64,000 bases of DNA. It comes from Toensbergia leucococca (taxonomy: Eukaryota). Positions within the stretch are counted from its first letter, which is position 1; every line of letters starts with the position of its first letter. The translations under genes were made by a program, and so were the position numbers. A model generated the notes under the pieces. The model was not told the DNA's origin. It did no database searches and saw nothing but the letters and a program-made list of their open reading frames with translations. Positions 59,791 through 64,000 of this stretch are shown in pieces. Location of the stretch: positions 62,001 to 126,000 of the forward strand of contig JALDZS010000025.1 of NCBI GenBank assembly GCA_022813965.1, read 5' to 3'.

Positions 59791-62700
59791 AGAATAGGAT
59801 GGAGCAGGAGGGACTTGGAAATAGCTAGTCTCGGTCAATCTGAGAATGATTAAGGAGAGAAATCACTAACATTAAAATTAAGGAGGGTAACGTGGAGTAC
59901 CAGTCGACTGTTACACTTATTGGGGCGCTCTACAAGCATTCGTTCAAATCACATTGTCACTTTTGCTTGACAGCAACGTCTTGTCGCTCTTGTCAGTCTC
60001 TTCCATGCAAATTTTATTGGTGAATGCAGCGTTAAGCTTTTGTTTAAAATCTGTCTGTGATTACCACACCAAAGTTCGATAGTATAAAAGTGCTTTTCCG
60101 GTAAAAGACTGTGCCTTTACTTGCTTGGTATGATCTGACGTGGACCATTCTCAACCATCAATACCGAGGATCAAAGTCGTCCTGTTGCAAGTTTTCATCT
60201 CAAGTCAGCGAAGACGACTAAAGGCCTAGGAGTTTTCAGGAGTTTCCCATCGCATTTCTGGAACAGATAGCGAACTGGGGAGCCGAGAGTGGACCTTTGG
60301 TCGCAGGGACAGTAAATGAATTCATCATCATCATTATCATCCCGCTTTGTGCAACCACTTCGTATCTAGAAACACCGTGCCGCCAACGACTAATGTCTCA
60401 ACGTCACTTGTCCTACATTTGCCTCGATATTTGAAATGGGACTGGCTGCCGTTGAATAAGGCAGATTGCTGATCTGAAGGTTATAGACCTCTCCTAAGCG
60501 GGCCGAAGGGCAATCTCCGATGAAACTGTGCTCCCACAAGACCTTGTGTATAGAGGGTATTGACAACGCACGGACGAATGAAGCAATATTGCTCGATATT
60601 GTTCGAGGCATGATCTCAGAGGCTGGAGGTAGTAAGAGGTTCGAGATTCGAAAGACTGCAATCCCACCCACTAGGTCATATCTAGCATGCATCGATGGTC
60701 TTGTTGATATTTCCCCCGGAGCATCTGTATTCCCGAAGTCAATATCGAGCACGAATACCAGACCGTCTTCCCGGATAAACATCCTTATTCTATGTTAAGA
60801 AGGTCTTTGCTCTTGTCATGGAGGTATGTTACGAATAATTGCATTGACTTGGTAGGAAGGATCTTACTGACGGTCTACGAAATTACATATGTAGCCGGAT
60901 CAATGATCCTCCGAGAGGTCTACTGCCATAAACACATAATTTGCGGTAGAGCTGTCTCAGATTGAGACATCGAAACCGAAGCCCCTCTTGTTCAGTTACA
61001 CATCACTTCCTAGTAGCACACTAGAAAGAATACCATTGCGGCGTACACAGAACTCGAAAGCTAGACTTTTAGCAATCTTGTCACTCACAAGACTTATTTC
61101 TCAATGTGTCTTCTTTTGAGGTCTCACAGACGACTAATGATCTCCACTAGCTCTTGACCTATGAAGTCTTCTGCAGGTTTTCTCGAGCTTTCTTTACACT
61201 TACGTTTGAAAACCTCATCATCTCTCATTCCTGCTTCGCAAAATCAACGATACTGTCGCACTGGAAGGCTGACATGAGGGAATTTGATTGTATGACGATA
61301 CTGATATTGGGACTGCCCGTGGCAGAATACTCTTAGAATCAACAGCGCAAAAAAATCTGCGGATCTTACCTCAAGAGGTTTGTCTATAGAAGTGTACTCG
61401 GGGGAGATTGAAACTAAGATTGCAATGGCAGATAAATCGGCTGAAACCACGGCTCGTGGCGAAATTCCCATTCTACTAGCCTCATAGGAAGTGAAAACAT
61501 GAGAGGAAGAGTTTTTGGTAGGAACGACAGCTGACAATAGTCCTGAATCTGACGAAGGTCTTTTTGAACGAATCGAAAATCGGGGCTCTGAAGTATCGGA
61601 CGAATAGAACGTCAAGCCGGCGAATCAGATGGTTCTCTTGATACCTTACATGGCATCAGTAACATAAATATCACGTCGCGTGAGGATTTTCTCATGACCA
61701 TCACCACAAGCTCTCATGGGCCGACACGTGCTGTCGAAGGGGATACTTATCCCTACGTCAAAGGGTGGATCGAGCTCATACGCGGCGGCAATCGTTGACC
61801 TTGCATTGACTAGATTTCGTCGGACTATGACCTTGATGTGTCAAATTGCAGGTAGACTTCGAGTATAGATGTTGAATCTCCTATGTTATTCCGAACAACT
61901 GAAGAAAGTCTGCCCACTGTGGCTGTTAATGTGCCAGAATTGATAGAGGCTAGTGACAACACCACGCCTTTACAAGCAAGGTGGGTTACCGCTGTCAAGG
62001 CGGCAGCTTAGGCCATGCTAACCGTCCCTCGTGGTGATGGCTGTTTCATTTCAGTATGTCAAAACATGCATTTGCCTGTATGAATCCTTTTACTCCCTGC
62101 ATACATAGACAACTCGATGAGTGTAATGAATTTGCTTCAGGTACAACTTCCTCTTTCAACAGTGAGATGCCAATCTAAGAGTTGATATATAAGAACATCC
62201 CTTGCCTCCCTATTTCACATAGATGAAACACGGGTTCGTGGACAATTTGGTGTTAGCGCCTAGGGTTTGACGAAGTCTCGGCCAGTTGGCCTCGATTTGG
62301 CACCACCACTATCATCAAGGTAAAAGCGCTTATTGGAAGAGATTGGAAGAGATTGTAAAAGATTTGCAACTACAGAAGCTTTGCATCAAAAGATAATGCA
62401 ATAGCGATATTGTGATAATGATCCGAAAGATGATGTCAGATGGTCTGTTGTTAAAATAGAGGAAATATCTCCTGAATTTATGCGACGGAAATAAAGGGAT
62501 AAAGGGTCGATGCACCACTCTATCCAACCTAAATGAGCTCCGGACGACCGTTGGTGCCGTGGTAGAATAAGCGCGATTACGAGCAGGACCATAACAGCAC
62601 TCCAGTCGGTGTAGTACTTGAATTTTTTCGCGGTTAAGTAATTTGTTGAATTTATTATCGTGGACTCGTGAGACAGTACTTGATGCTAATGAAAAGGATG

Positions 62701-63310
62701 ATAGAATAGTGCGTACCTATTTAATATTCTAGCTGATCATGCAATGCGGAGCTGGACGATAATTGTCTTGGAGACGCCCAGGCACATTTGGCTGATTAGA
62801 TCCGGTCGACCAATGACAAGAGCCGGAAGGCCTCTGGCTAATGCCGGGCCCCTGATATCTCCAGGTTTGTGCGTGTTGTACCTGCATATACCCCTGTTAA
62901 ATGATCAAATGAGTGGCCGCATCATGGGTGCTGTAATTAATCAATCCACTCCCTTTCATATCCGCCTGCGCCCATGGCCGTGCCTATTCTCTCTTTTGTT
63001 CATCTTGTCCCCACCAAGTCTCCCATCTCTTTCACCTCACACTATTTGCTTTTCTCTCTCTCTCGTTGAGAGTTTCCTTCCTTTACCACAGTCGTTCTTT
63101 AACAGCTTCTCTGCGAATTTATTTCGCTCACACTCTTTTGGCACTCACGACTACATTACGAAAATCATCACCTATTCAAACGACTCCTAAATCCACTGGA
63201 AGCTGTTTACGCCGTGAATAACCACCTTCAAGTCTATACACGGGTGACTGTCACGTCCTGCTCCACAATATCAGTCTAGGATCGACGCTCGGACTCGGCC
63301 ATCCCACAAG

Positions 63311-64000
63311 ATGCTGAGCAAGCTCTCCCTCGCCTTCGTTGCCGCCTTGGCTACTCTTAGTCAATCAAAAAGCCATTATGGCCATCATCACCGCCGAGCA
63401 TATGGTAATTCCACTCTGTCTGCCAGTGAACTCTCGACCACCTCGACCGTCTTCTCGACCCACACGTACACGACCACAACCTGTGCACCAACTGTGGCAG
63501 ACTGCCCGTTGAGATCTCGAACGGTAGTTAGTGTGGTTACATCAGTCGTCGAACTCTACACCACAGTCTGTCCAGTCACCGCCACCCAGTCCTCAGGCTC
63601 CTTCGCTGGTGGCTACAGTGCTTCCTCCGGCTCCTCATATGGCCCTGCCCCGACTGGGTCCGCTCCAGCATCTTCAAGTCCCACTGCCGGTGGTATCAGC
63701 GCCTCCTCTTCCCCTCCAGTCTATGGCTCAAGCTCTGTTCCCCTTAGTACTGGCTCCCCTAGCTCCGTTGTCAGCCCATTCAGCGGAGAGTCTTCTTTCA
63801 CAACGGTCAGCAACACTACCCTCACCTATACTCTTGGTTCCGGCTCATCCACAACCGTTGTGACCACGACTATCCAACATACATCGACCGAGACCGACAT
63901 TTCGGTGAGTCTAGTGCTAATTCAGCAATATAGAGTCTGCTGATGGTTTCTGTTATAGACTGTTTACGCAACCTCCTCGGCCGGTGAGGTCGGTGCTACT
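63311..64000 (+). CDS. Secreted Ser/Thr-rich cell-wall protein with flocculin-like Cys repeat (runs off window)
   Basis: Signal [59 protein letters not shown]; intron at ~63905-63958. Confidence 0.88.

Noticed and set aside
1..64000. tRNA genes, CRISPR arrays, secondary-metabolite cluster, Starship captain
   Set aside because: No cloverleaf, repeat-spacer array, PKS/NRPS/terpene synthase or DUF3435 recombinase recognised by eye. A covariance or HMM scan could still find small RNAs.

Overview
Gene-dense, intron-containing fungal nuclear DNA (Pezizomycotina-type ascomycete; the exact lineage cannot be fixed from sequence alone). About 30 protein-coding loci are present, mostly housekeeping: MYG1, endosulfine, SFM1, KEX1, RAE1/GLE2, ACO2-type aconitase, SKI8, MRPL32, septin CDC10, GUK1, RUD3, SOK1/TCP11, TRAPPC13, a DENN GEF, PTAR1/ECM9, GET1, CCE1, NOP15, SMN and SERF. 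There is also a dispersed 5S rRNA gene. The most unusual part is 3176-4746. A 1410-bp Tc1-like (DD37E, two-intron) transposon with CAC...GTG termini and a 5-bp non-TA target duplication sits inside one arm of a ~156-bp TA-flanked MITE. Its transposase was inactivated by a hypermutation that appears to convert TGG to TGA (CCA to TCA) while sparing the CpA sites targeted by canonical RIP. Other points of interest: a triple-frameshifted amidohydrolase with a 5-bp duplication, a divergent TCTP homologue, an orphan secreted/membrane polyproline plus charged-helix protein, a frameshifted F-box gene, an intergenic ~30-bp hairpin and a run of four membrane-trafficking genes. Gene models were spliced by eye, product calls rest on recognised motifs, and no database search was run.
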